A stretch of DNA of 64,000 nt from Camelus ferus (taxonomy: Eukaryota), in the NCBI RefSeq assembly GCF_009834535.1, contig NC_045696.1, positions 33,730,001-33,794,000 on the forward strand. Reading direction: 5' to 3'. Positions 12,701 to 26,900 of this stretch are shown one piece after another. Each line of letters opens with the position of its first letter. Positions within the stretch are counted from its first letter, which is position 1. The notes under the pieces were generated by a model, which worked only from the letters and a program-made list of their open reading frames with translations, searched no databases and had not been told where the DNA came from. A program made the position numbers and the translations under genes.

Positions 12701-14941
12701 AAGATGTATTCTTGAACCAGACCAAAGATTAAATTTGTTAGGACACTTGAATTACAATGATCTTCTTATCATTACAACTTTTACACACTAAAGCAATGAT
12801 AAAAAGATACCTAACTATGACAACATAATAACTGATTAGCAGACGGAGGTTTTCCAGTGTATAGAGGTGTTTTCTCCAGACACATTTAGCATTGACTTAT
12901 AATCTCCATGTCATAGTACTGTCAGAAACAATGAAGCGAAAACTGTCTGAACCTGTCTGAATATATTTAAGTTCAGGTTCAAAAGAGCAGTAGAAATTTA
13001 AAGCCCACTGAACCTGACGTTACTAGTAGACTGTCATTTACTACATTATTGTAAGAAACACAGCACACACACACCTGAGGCAAACATCTCAGGTGACAAG
13101 CAGTTCAGTGGCCAAGTGTTTCCCACTGCTCCTGGCCCAGACAGCAAGCTCCCTTAGCGTATCTCCCCTCTCAGAACCTTCCTCCCTCTGAAGCCACAAA
13201 CTCATGCACAGAATCTCCAGCCTTCGGCGATACCCGCATTCTCAGACTTGTGCACATACGATGCTCAGCTGGAAGGGAAATTGACAAGCACTTTAAGCAT
13301 CAGGATATGGGCTTACAAATCTGAACCAGCCATTCTAAAACCCACCTTCTGGACAAGTATCAAATATAAATCATAAGTAGTTTTTGATCATAGTAGCATG
13401 TTTTTGATCATAGTAGCATGCTCAAAATTTGAATGTCAGTGTGATAACTGGGGACCAGGAGAGGCAAGATGGCATGTAGACACTGCTCAACCAATTCAGT
13501 GACCTCAAGTTCAAAAGCAGATAAAAAGAAACTTTGAAGACAGAGACAAAGAATAAAGGAAAAAGGGAACGGGGAAGAGTGAAACGAAATACCCTCTGTA
13601 ATTTCTTCTACAGACTCTCCCAGAACTGAAGAGGAGCAAGACCAAAGAAACACTTGGATTGCTTACTGTAACTGAAACCACAAGTTATAATACTCTCAAG
13701 AGATTCTAACTATCCAGACATCTGTTGGATAACACATGCAGCCAAACATGCATCTTTAAAGAGGTTTCTAGGTTATGCAGTGACAGTTTTACGATCCAGA
13801 AAATAGATAATCCAACTGGAGGAAGAGCTAATCTGGATCCACAGTTTACCCATAAAAACTTAATTAGGGACACAGCACCAACCCAACAAACATCCTACCT
13901 GAAACTAGGCGTTTGGTAAGGACTCTAAACGTTTTTTAAATCACTTCAGAACTGCAGAAATACAAAGTAATGTTTATGTCCATTTAGTTTAAGTAATCAA
14001 TCTCCCATTAAATCAAAACATATTGGAAAATATTCCATAAGAATGAAATATGCTGCATATAGATCAACTCTATACTGACATCAGTCATTCTTCATCTCAC
14101 TTCTATGTGAGGTGAACACAAGTTGCTCTCTGACATTTTCCAGAACTGTCTGTCCAACCTAAGCAAACATAAATAGGGCTTTAATGATTGTGAAGATGCT
14201 AAGTGTCACCTGATACTGCTCAAATGAAGCAGCTATGAAAATAAGCATTATAGCACATGCTTGTGGTTGACGAAAATGATGACGTGAAATCTGCCATGTA
14301 TCAGCCTGTAACCAAACGAAAAACAGCATGTTTTGTCCCTCCTCAGACTTTTTTTGGTCATCTTTTTGCCAAGGAATTCAGAACATGCTGTCCACAGACA
14401 ACTGTTTGTGAAACCTTATATTGTTGATAAATAGAACAGTAAGAGAAGAGTTAGGCAACCAGAAAGAGAATAAAGAAAATCTGGAAATTCCACAGGCCAT
14501 ATAGAATTTCTGTCTATAATCTTTGTAGCCCATTTGAAAGTCGATGTAATATTGTCTGGGGACGAATTCTGAAACAGATTTCTTCATTCAAGCCGTTTCT
14601 TTTAGATGCATTCCCATATGTGGTATGAGAAATAGGAAAGTATTATTGAAAAGATAATTTGCTGATACAAAATGCACTGACCTCTGAAACAGGTATTTTA
14701 ATGCTTTGAGTGGTTCTGCATTCGGAGCCATGTAAGAATTAACAAGGAGTGTTTTCAACCTCGATAACTCCCCTCCCAAGCAAGCATCTAAGCTTCTTTG
14801 GGGAAGGCATTGTATAGTTTGACAAAGTTCCCAATTGCAACTACAGCTAGTCTATGACAACTTTGAGAAAACAATCCAAAGATAACAGTGTTGCCTAACT
14901 TTGCTTGTAATTTTTAAGAAAACATCTCATAAAGCACAGGA

Positions 14942-14986
<45 letters not shown>

Positions 14987-17900
14987 TATACACACACATA
15001 TATATATATTTATAGAATTTATATAGCTACCAATAGAAACATATTTACAAAAATGTACATATTTACTGGAATGGAAAATGAATCAGTTCCTAGTTCACAA
15101 CTTTTAACGATTTAGCATGTATTAATGGAGTTCTGGTGAATCTACTTATATGTATAGCCTAACTTCTTAGTTCTGCACATAAAATTTCCTTTTGATCTAT
15201 ATGAGTGACAAGAACAAACATCTCAACAATACCTAAGCATAATGGGTGAGGATTATTTTTTTTAGTACCCTCTCATTCCACATGGTTAAGTATTCTAGAT
15301 GGAGAAAACTATGTTGAAAAATGTCAAACACCTATATTTTGATGACCCTTCTAACCCTTGTCTTCTTGATTCTTTTACCTTCCCCTCCCTCATTATCTGC
15401 CCAACCAATATAAAAGCACCCAGGCTTCCTCGTATGGCTAATACCAGAAAACGTTACCACTGGGAAATGTAACTCCAACAAATGTCACAGCTTTTCTTCA
15501 AGAACAGAAACAAATTAAGTTAGAAATAGGCAGGAAGTGACAGACATTAAAAGCTTGCATCTCAGTTACTCGTGAGGCTTCACATCTCCAGTATGACTTT
15601 CTTACTCTGTTTGAAATGCACCGTATTTATTAAGAATAAGGAGAGCTTAAGTTCTGCATCACGTGTCACCATCTAGAAAACACGACCACATGGGTTACTT
15701 CATTGGAATCACTCAGCCGTGTCAGAGTAGGGAGTATCATCTCCACGTTGCATCTCACGAAGAGGAGTGGGGAGGTTATGAGACTTGCTCAATGTAACAC
15801 AGCTAAGTGAGGAGATGGGTCCCAGAATCTATTTTTCGGCCTTCTCCTTTTCCCAGATACATCTCTGGATACGCATTTCCACATTTCTGCAACAATTAAC
15901 ATTCCCTGTATTTATCATCATCTTACGAGTCCCTAAGTTTGGGAGGGGAGGATGAATTATTAGTAAAATCAATCTTTCTCCTTGTCCTTTTCTCTCTCAC
16001 ACGCATACACACACGTATGTATACACATGCATATGTTTTCCTTCTAAATTCCTCCTTCTCCCCTTCTGAAACTTGTATTAGTGACCCTGATACATTCAGC
16101 CCCAAAAGGAGACACAAATTGATAAACTCTCTGCTTTCACTGAGCTGTAAGTACATGCACACACCCACCGCAGAGACACACACATACAGGATTTTGTCTT
16201 CTTTTTTCAAAAAATATTTTTACTAAAGGAGCATATACATGCACTTCTTCATCTGTTTTGTTTCCTGTCAGCAATACCACAGAAAACATAATTCACTCAT
16301 AGGTTCCGCCTCTCGATGGCAGTCACCTGATTCCACCTTTCTGCTGCTGTGAATGTCATTACAATAAACATTTTGCACCTACACTGCTCCTTATATCTGT
16401 GTGGTAGAGACTCACCAAAGGAAACACGCTGGGCCAAAGCTCCTGAGTATTTTTAACTGTAATGCGTTTCCCAGTTTGTTTTTTAAAAAAGCCTATAATT
16501 CTTTAATTTTCTACCAGCAATAGATGAAAAATAGCAGTTTCCCTTAACCAAGGGATTCTCTCACCTATACAGACCCCACATTATGCAATGCATCCTAGAA
16601 CATTCAGAATCCCCAGAAGGCTTCTGCGCTAGTCCCGTAAGCTAGGAGGAGGACCCGTGAGACAGAATCCCCACGCTCTGGGCATTGTGACAGGGCGGTA
16701 CTATTCTAAGGATGAAGGGCCAGCAGAGAGCATGGGCAAGACCTACAGGGCTCTGGGAGCAGGGGACTTTCATTCAGGTCCTGCAGAATCTGCTGTGGAT
16801 ACTGGAAACTAACAGCCCTGCTCTGGAATGCATTTCTCCCCAATCGCCATTCTGCTACTTTTCATGCAGCTCTCGGTCTCTGGCTGGGATCTCCTGGCAT
16901 CTCTCATGCATCTCAAAGATGATGGTTTCCATTACCCTTCTGGTCACGAAACTGTCATTCTGGACATGCGCTTAACACAACTAACGCCATTCCAGGGTGT
17001 GTAAATATTTTAACGTATCTTTGGTGTTTTTTTTTTTTTTTCTCTCTCTCAGTGGAAAATTGGCTTATGCCATAAGCCAAAGAAAGAGAAAAAGGTTTGC
17101 AGAAAGTATGAAGCAAGCAGTTGTTAATTACTAGAGTCTTTACTGTTACTGAATCATAAGAAACTGTAAAAAAAAAAAAAGAAAGAAAAAAAGGTCCATA
17201 GAAAGTATTAGTGTAGAAACATTCTGCCTAGCATTTTCCCCCACAACTATTGCCTTGTGATGTTTTAACTAGCCTGATTGAGATAATGCCCTCAAGGTAA
17301 GTATCCAGAAATCTACAAATCTTTATCGACGAACGCAGCTGTCATTGAAATGTCACATTTTTCTAGGGCTGACTTCTATATTAAAATGCATTTAATGTGT
17401 CCCCCTGCTGAAATCAAATTATTAAAGGTAAGCTTCTCTGTCTATTCTATTTTATAACACCATTAAATAAAATTTCCTAATTTCCTCATCATTTATAAAA
17501 ATCATAAATAATGTCAGGAAAGACTTCAATGAATCACCAACCCCCTAGCTTTCATATATGTATTAAATGACTAGCATTTATGTTCCAGGAGAAAGGATGT
17601 GGAAGTGGAAAGGAGGAAAAGTGCTTGTAGCTGAGCGTCTATCACATATGTTACTTTGATGTGCTCTCTTCTCTATGATGGAAATATCTTGGAGCCTTAA
17701 TATTTTATACAACTCATATTTTCCTGTTAATTATTACTGCAGCTCTCGATGATTTCTCTCCAAATTTACCATATCTCTCTTTCATGATAAAGCCTGGAAT
17801 TGGAGAATCATGTTATCAAGTAAATATTCAATTACCTTAGGTTGGTAACTCTTGGTTTCCCTTAGTCTCTTTTTGTATATGTATATGCTGAGAGAGAGGA

Positions 17901-20900
17901 ACAATTTCTAAGAAGTCATTGTATGTGAAGTTCCACGATTTTAATACCCTTTGTACTCCAAATAAAATTCCAAAATTAGCAACATTAAAAAAACAAAGAT
18001 GTTAAAATAGTTTAGCAAGGTTATTCTGAGAACTCTCATGCCTGTGTTTTGCCCGGGCTTGTCACCACCAGACCACCGACAAGAAAGCATGGGTCTTGAG
18101 ATGTGACCTGGAGAAATGGCAGCTTACAGTTTGGATGGAAAAGCAAGTGCTAACCTGATGTCCATCTCCCTTTCATGGAGAGGAACTGCCTCTCCATTTG
18201 CTGCTCTAGTACATTAGCTGTTTGTCACCCTGCTCTTTTATTTCCTGTATATGATAAACAAAGATATTTATGTTTCTAATGGATTTCAATATAAAATATC
18301 CACATCATATGAAGCAAGACTGACCACAATGATCTTAATTAATGAAGTAGTTTAATTCACCTATTTCAAAAAGATCTTTAAAATTTTTCAAAGGGAACTT
18401 TTAAAAATAATTTTGAGCAATAATAATTACAACTTGGATTGCACTAAAATATAGTTTTTGTCACTTATGAATGATGTCCCTTCACAAAACATTCAGATTA
18501 GAAATTCAGATTAAACCAGATTTGGATAGATAGATAGATAGATGGTTTACAGGCCTATACCATTACAAATTCAGAAAATCATTTAAGGTGATTCTACTTC
18601 TCTATTATCAGACACAAAACGTCTATGAAGAAAAAACAATAGATACGAAGGACACTGGTAGGCTCCTAACTTCCCTAGTGTTGCCCAGGGCTCCCTATTC
18701 ACTTTCAAATTTAAGAGCTCAGAAACAGTTTTTCCAGATTTCTTCACAGAGTATTTCTACTTGCAGGTTAATAAAGCTCAAGTCTCTTCAGAAGTAATTC
18801 AGCGTATGCCTCAACATTGAGAGAATACTAGAAATACAGCTTCCTGAGCCTACGGGAAATTTCACAACCTTCATTTAGCAAATAATTTTTAGACCTATGA
18901 GCTATCGTAGTTTAGTTCTTCTCTATGCCCCATTCTATGATACATAATCTTGATTTCCCCAATATCAGAAGATATGTTCATTAGTGAGAGATGAACCAGA
19001 TGATGTTTGATAACTGGCTATAATCATACACTGGGGCAGAATCATACAGTGATTCACTCATTGAATCTACTACTTAAGCAAATGTATGGTTAATGCTTAT
19101 ATGATAATTTTTTTGAGAAACCAGAAGATACATCAACATATGTTAATTCCCTTTCAGCCCTAGATTTCTTGAAGCTGTGATACAGTGGAGAAAATTGTTT
19201 GTTTTTCAATTTTAGGCTACCTAAATGTATCTAAGCAAAAAGAACATGTATACCTCAACTCTAAGCTGTTTATCTATATTGTATATTGAGTTATTGAAAC
19301 ATTCCTCAAAGTAAAAATAAAAATAAATTTATAACAAAATTGGAGCTAAAATAACATGAGGGATCCTAAGAAAAATAAATCTGTGGATCTAGAGATGAAA
19401 ACAACCTCAAGCCATGAGCAGCTTGTGTTTATAGAAAAAAAGTCACACCACAAAACATGACTCCTTTTCCGTTTGGTAAATTTAAATATAGTGGGTAAAA
19501 TGGACGTTATAAATAAAGTCAACTTTGTATTTCAGTAAAAAGGCCTCATTAACAAATCTTCACTTGAAAAATTAATTCAAACTGGCTGGGATATGCAACA
19601 TTGTATGTCCTACATTAGGTAGATTAGTGGTAATAACAGGAAATAAGAATGACAGCATTTCCACAAGATGCATTTTTTTTTAGTTATGGCCACTGACAGA
19701 TGAATTGTAGGTCAGAATTTACTGAACGTCATCATGAAAAAATCTGAGTGCGATAAGAAAAGACACAGTCTTGCATTCATTGATGCATATCTAGTAATAC
19801 AGTATATCACAACCAGAAATATTTCCACATTTAACTCTTTTCTTCCTAACATGCAAAGGGGCCCTGTACAATACTCTGAGATTCCTGAAGTTAATCTTCC
19901 ATATCCTGGGTCCTCCCTTCTTCAGCTCACCCTTCCAGGTATTATCTTCAGCCCCACCTACCCTTCCTAAGGATTCCTCTAACAACAGCTAAATGTTCGG
20001 TGAAAGTTACTGACAGAAGTTGGAACCTACACAGCTTTTATTATGGTGAAAAAAACGGGTACAAAACAGTTCCCAAAGCGCATTGCATGAGAAGTTAATA
20101 AGTATGCTAAAAACAAAATGTGCCCCAAAGAAAATAAGATTGAAAAATCTCCTATTAAGCAAATTGTAACATGTTTCTTTACTAAAGAATACATAATAGC
20201 CTTTTATATGCTAAAGTGAATTCTGATCTCAAAGAGATGTACCTAGCTGACAACATTAACAGATTCACTTCACCATAGACTTCTTTGGTTTTCAGTTAAG
20301 CTCCTCTTACCACATTCCGGAACTATTGTTCCCATGGAACCAACAGAACCCAGTTTTGTGACTGCTTTTAAGGAGAGGGGAAAGTGTTATGTGGGATTTT
20401 GATAATAGCCTTTTGGTAAAAAATGGGTATTTTCCCAAGGAGGGCAAATACAGATGCCCTACAATCATATCAATACACTGACCATTCCAAGGGCTCTGTA
20501 TGTAGTATCCATTCAACAGACAGAGTCGTGAGTGATGGCAAACCAGGCATGGCAGGAAAGTAGGGCCAGGACAGGCGAGGTGGGCATGGCATTCTGGGAG
20601 CAAAATTTAAGGAGGTATGTACTTGCACACCCCAGAAAGTGAGTCTCTCTTTAAATTTTGTGCGGAGGCACCTTACTCTCCTCACCCCAGTTTGGGCCCT
20701 TCAGAAAAGATGGACTGTCTCACTTCACTCTTGTAGAAGGATTTTTGCCTACCAAACCTCAGAACTCTATTCTATTACTCTATTACCATATTCTGTAGTC
20801 AACTTTTAAAAATTAACTACAGATAGAGTCAATGCTCTTTGAAATATTTTTAAGAGCTAGAGAGGTATGCAAAATAAAAAGTGAGGTTCTCTCAACTCCA

Positions 20901-23900
20901 TAATCCTGCTTGGTACACACCCAAGAGAACTGGAAACCTACGTTCACACACAAATTGGTACATGAGCGTTCATTACAGCATGATGATTATTAGCCAAAAA
21001 GCAGAAACAAACCAACTAATGAATGAATAAACCAAATGTGGGCTAGCCATACAGGGGAATAGTATCCACCCCTAAAAAGGAATGAAGTTCTGATACATGC
21101 TACACAGATGAATCTTGGAAACACAAGCTAAGTGAAAGAAGGCAGACACAAACGGCCACATACTGTGTGGCTCTGTTTATAGGAAATGTTCACAGTAGAA
21201 AAATTCATAGAGGCGGAAAGTAGATTAGAGGTGGGTTGCATAGGTGGAGGAGGAGATTGGGAGTGACTCCTTAGACCTATGCAATTTCTTGTTGAGGTGA
21301 TGGAAATGGTCTATGATAGACAACGGAGATGCTTATAGAATATTGTCAATATACTAAAACCTACTAAATTGCATGCTACAAATGCATTAGTGTATGATAG
21401 TGAAATATATCTCAAACTTTTTAAAGCTAAGATAAGTGAGGGTCTGATCACCTCCCCTTACATAGCTAGAATTTATAAAGTACCTATTTTGCGCAAGGCA
21501 CATCTGTAAATGTTTTACTTCATTAACTCATTTAATCCTCAAAACCACTCAATGAGACATCTTTTAAAGATAAGAAAGTCAAGGCAACAAGCCAGCTAAA
21601 TAATTTGCCCAAAGTCCTGCAGCTAGTAAGGGACAGAGCTGGACTTCTAAAACCAGGCAGTCTAGCTTCAAAGTATATGTTGTGCACTAATTATCCGGAG
21701 CAATGACCATTAAGAGTTGGGGTATATACTTCCAGGCACACACATGCACATGTCTGTGTGTAGCTAGATAAAAATTATTTGCATGGGATTATATGTACGA
21801 GAGGTCAGCAAACTGTAGCCCGTAGACCAAATCAGGCCCACTGTCCGTGGGTTAAGAATGAAAGACTGGATTCTATATTTTTAATTGTTGGAGAAAAAAA
21901 GAGATGAAAAAAGAAGAGTCATATTTCATGGCACGAGGTAGCCTGTGGGGGTTAGTCCCATCACATCCTCTCCTCCTAGAGAGGGAAAACCAAGTCCTCT
22001 GAGAGTTTAGCAAAGCAGCTTGAACCCAGAGATGAAAATAGAAAGCTGAAATGGGTGAAGCTAGGCAGTGGCCAACACTGGAAAGCTCAGCGGAGAACCA
22101 GTTACCCAGGATAAAAAAGCTCCACTTCTGATGGGGTGAACACAACTTGATGCTGAGAACTGATCCCTTTCAGGATGCTTCTCTGCTGTAACCAGCATTC
22201 AAATTAATGATCCTGTACATGAAGAATAAAACTAAGAAAAACTATGAAAAGAGTGAGTTTTCTCATCACAAGAATAAAGAAAGAAGAAAAAATTTAAAAA
22301 GAAACAAAGAAAGAAAAAAAGAGTGAGTTTCCTTAAACTTCTAGAAAGAAAGTCCTACTCTGTCACAAAGTGTTCCAGGCAAAGAACCTGGGGTTGGAGG
22401 TGGATGGAGGTGGCTGACTCTGGAATGTAGATTTTGGGGATATAATCACTGAGACTTGATTCGTCTTTTTAAAACTCTGATGCTTGTGATTTTGTGAACT
22501 CAGAACTACTACTACTATTAATATGATCAATCTGGTCCAAAAACCAAGCTCAAACATTTAACACCATGACCCTCAGAGTTAGTGAATTCCAGAGAGGAGC
22601 TGAATGCTCTGTGAAGAAATATTTCCCTTACCAAATTTGTCTAAATCTGTTGAGTATAAACTTTTGAGAGTGGGAGGAAAATAACAAAAGGCAAAGGAAG
22701 GGAAGGGAAGAGAAATGCATTCCTTTAAAATAAGTTTCCTAATTCTTTTCAAAGACCATGATTCTATTCCATGAACTATTTTCCACCAAGCAGTTCGTTT
22801 CATAAATCATAAAGAAGACCCAACAAAAAGGGGAGAAGGAAAAATTACTGAAACATCCTATTTCTGATTCTGTTAGGCATTACCCATCACACATAGAGAG
22901 CACACAGACACCGAAGATTTAAAGAATGTGCTTAAATCGTTGTAAACATAAGGTACCAGAGCCTCCAGTTCAAAGAAACAGATTACTCGCTGAAGAAATG
23001 GGAGAAAAGTTCTGAGACCTCTCTCAGGTCGTCACGCCAGTTTCTGTCGGAATGCAGGAATTATGGCAAAGCGGTTAGTTTTATAAACATATGGGCAGAG
23101 CTCAACTTTACCTGTCAGAGAAAAAAAATAATTCCAAGTATTTAAAACCTCCTCCATTTGTACACATTTCTTTCATTACTTTTTCTTCTCTTTATGGAAA
23201 GGAGGAAAGCCTCCGGCTCGGCTCACCTGTATCAAACCCCACACTTGGCACTAAGTCCACGGTTCCGTGAAAGGCTCCGGCCCACGCTGAGGTAGCAGTG
23301 GTGGCTGTAGTCGGATCGGTCTTTGTGATGTCACACGGGGGAGCAGGAATCCTGGCTGCGCGCACTGATGGCATCAGCAGGGGCCCGTAGGACGGATCCA
23401 GGGCGGAGCCAGCAGAAGGGTGGTGGTGGTGGTGGTGGTGGTGGTGGTGGCGGTGGTGCATGTGCGCGTGCGGGTGGTGGTGCCGCAGGTACACGTCATG
23501 CACGTGGCTGTAGGATGGGCTCACCTGAGATGCCAGAGGGTAGTGCCAGGACTCGGACACGGGCGGGGGAGGGGCTGGGCCAGTCTGATGCAGGCCGTGT
23601 CCTGCCCAGGGGCTGGGGTCGGCGGCGGGAAAGGTGCCAGGGGGCGCGGTGACCTGGAAGTCGGGATGAACTCCCCCCAGACAAGGTGCAGGAGAGGGCT
23701 GGTAAGAGCTGGTCCAAAAGGAAGTCGGGAAACTACTCCGCTGGCTGGAGAGAGCTGAGCTGTCTGAGAAGACAGAAAAATAAATTATTTACATAAGACT
23801 CAGTTCGGGGATAGACTTGCCTTTACTTGTCCAATATTTCACAAGCAGGCTAATTAGTCTGCACTTTCTCCCCACACAGAGGTAAATCGATACCCGTAAA

Positions 23901-26900
23901 TCTCTGCGCTTCAGAGCCAAGACAAGGCGCAAGGGTCCAGGTGCTGAAGGAGTCCCCCCCTTTGTTTGCTTAGCTTATGTCGTCCCGTCTAGGCTGAGGT
24001 TTGCAGGGCTGGGACTGGAAAGCTTCGTTTCCTCCTTTGTGTCTTGCTGCCATGAGGTCTGAGCAGAGGTCGTGGGTACATCCATCGCAGGTAAAAAAAG
24101 CGTATGCCGTAGATGTGATTCCGGTAGGTTGGGCATGACTTTTACCAACTTCTTTTAAAGGCAAAGACAGTTTTCATTGAAACTAAACATTTTCATGCCA
24201 AAAGTAACAATGAGAAGTGATATGCTTAATGAGGCTCGGCAACTCTCATTTTCCATCAAGAAGAGTGTATTCCAAGCTTATATTTTTGGTAGAAGTCTGG
24301 GAGTTTCTGGACTGAAAATAATAATAGTTCACATTTAATGACCAACAGTAGGTCAGGGGCCTTTCAAGGATGATCTCATTGGATCCTTACTCAGGTCTTA
24401 TGAGGTAGGAGTTACTGTTATTATCCCCATTTTAGAGATGTGGAAATTGAGGCAGGGAAGAAACCCCAGACTTCACAGCTGGCAGGTGGGAGACTGGGCT
24501 TTGAAGACCAGGAGTCTACCTGGAAAGCTGACACTTCCTAACTTTGCCACAAGACAGAACACCTGTAACTAGAATCTGAACATCCAGAATTTGGTGGAGA
24601 CTCTGTGGAAGTCATAAGTGGAGGAGATTCAAGTAAGGGTCATGGGTTTGAGGACGTGTTGATGGAAGGGGAAATCACATCAAAGAATAGCACTTGGAGC
24701 TAAATAGGCAAGAGAATGAACCAATCCCCAGTTTTGCCTCATTTCAATTTCTTCACTCAGTCGTTATATTTATGGATGACCTACTATGTATGAAACACGG
24801 GGCGATCAGGGATGACAGGAGAGATGCCACTTTTAATCACAACCTGGCAGGCGACAGGTCAGTAAACAGACCAGAGCAGTGTGACTTGGTTGGTGCTCTC
24901 GCAAGGGGAAACAGAGAGGGCACCGAAGCTGCCTAAGAAAGTACTTGCCAAATTGAAAGAGTGAGTAGGGCTAGCTTTATTTGTGAAGAGGTGGACAAGA
25001 GTGTTTTCAGGCTAATGAAAAAGTATGTTAAAAGGGCCAAAAATTACATACACCCACAAAGTAGCATTTGAGGGACAAAAAAAGAGTTCATTGGGCAGGT
25101 GGTGGCAAATGGTTAGACTCTGGTCCAGAAGGACCCAGATGGGTATGGCCTTGCCAGTGTGCTCTAAATGTGGGTGCTGTCCTGAGGAGGTCCAGTGAGC
25201 TTAGAAAGGTTTAGCAGGGTTTAAATCCAGGGGGAGATGGAGAGTCAGATCTGTGTTGAGAAAGATGGATAACTCCACGGATAGCCTGTTGCCTGCAGTG
25301 CAGAGTAACTGGGAAGCACTGGCCTGGGGGTCTGGAGTCTTAGCCAGAGAGTGAGTGCCAGCAATTACCCTATCCCATTGTAGGACCCCCACTTGACCTG
25401 CTGACCTCTCCAGGGCTCAGTATCTTCCAATCAAATATCTGGTGGCCCTATACTTCTAACCATTCTGTGCAGCGTCCTCTGATTTATTTCAATCTATAGA
25501 TAAAGATAAGGTGGCTCAGGACATTAGTCACAAATGTGCAGTAAAATAGTATTTTTATACTGGATTCCCCATAAAAGAACCTTGCTAGATCTTTCCATGG
25601 AAGGAAGGCTATCCTAAATCCTGTGAAAGAAAAGCATGTAAAAGTCTGACCTGTCCACGTTCTCACTTCATAAACTTGGAGGACACAGTTTTCTTGCCTC
25701 AGGGAAAGTATAGATAACTTGACTTAGTCCCCACATATGTAACGTGACTAACATAATTAGGAAGTCACCATGGTGTTCAGTTATTTCCTTTCTCCAGCTT
25801 CCCTGCAGGCTGCGGCATTAGCACTACAAGCTCTTCCACACTCTCCCCATCCGCCCTCCCCCAGAGCTGTCATTCACCCTACTCAGCCTATGCTCAGACA
25901 GCTATTCAGTGTCTCATGGTCAAGTCTCTCCCCACCACTGAAACTCCATGGATGTCAAAATACTTGGGGAAATCTAGGTGATGATGTTCTTCAAGAGGTG
26001 AAGGATGGAACACCACCCTATTCTTCAAACCTTCCAACAGTTCTGGCAAACTTTGAATGACTTGGTTTTGTTGACAATCACAATCTATCAAAATAGCACT
26101 TAACTCAAGCTTACTGGCATTGAGGCAAATATGTTTTATTTAAGAACTGTCTTCCTTTCACATGTGAAACACAGCTGCTAATGACAAGAAGGAAAACTGT
26201 GTAAGCTATAGGAATAAAATGTAATTTGCCATAGACAATGGCCATGTGTACAATATTTCTACCATACCCACAGTGAAATCTATCAATGTTGAAAGTTTAA
26301 AACTCATTGCAAAGAGTATATGGAGGCTCCTTATATCACATAGTGGAGTTTTGCCACAACCAATCTGCCACTTTCCTCTCACAGATCTTCATCTTTGGTA
26401 ACATACTCTTCATTCTACTCATAACTTTTATCTCTGATGGGGCCAGAATCTCATTGTGAAAACAGCTGAACCCAAGCCACAGGTGTGTGCCAGAGATAGA
26501 GTTCTCCTTTTTAATGTCCCCCATTAAAATGTCAAGAGTACAGAGAATATATGTCAGTTCCCTGAGTACTTTCCTTTTGTCTCTTTTCATTTGAATGTAC
26601 ATGGACCCAATTTTATTTTACAGATGCTTATGCATGTTGGATATGCATGCACAAATGTGAATAATGATTCCTTACCAAAAATATTATTCCTACTAATGAT
26701 GTACTGTGATTAATGAACATATTATCATTGAGAGTAGAAATCTATGTTTAAAAATGCACCCCATAGAAGCTGAACAAAGCTTTAAAATGCTCCAGGGAAA
26801 AATAAAATTAGAAGCAACTTAATATTTTCCCAGTTGGCATGCCTTCTGAGATTAATACAAACTTTGCAGAGATCTATGCAGCCCTTTTCAAAAATAATGT

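Noticed and set aside
23368..23758. Plus-strand poly-Val and poly-Gly ORFs
   Set aside because: Antisense shadows of the exon 3 poly-His repeat.
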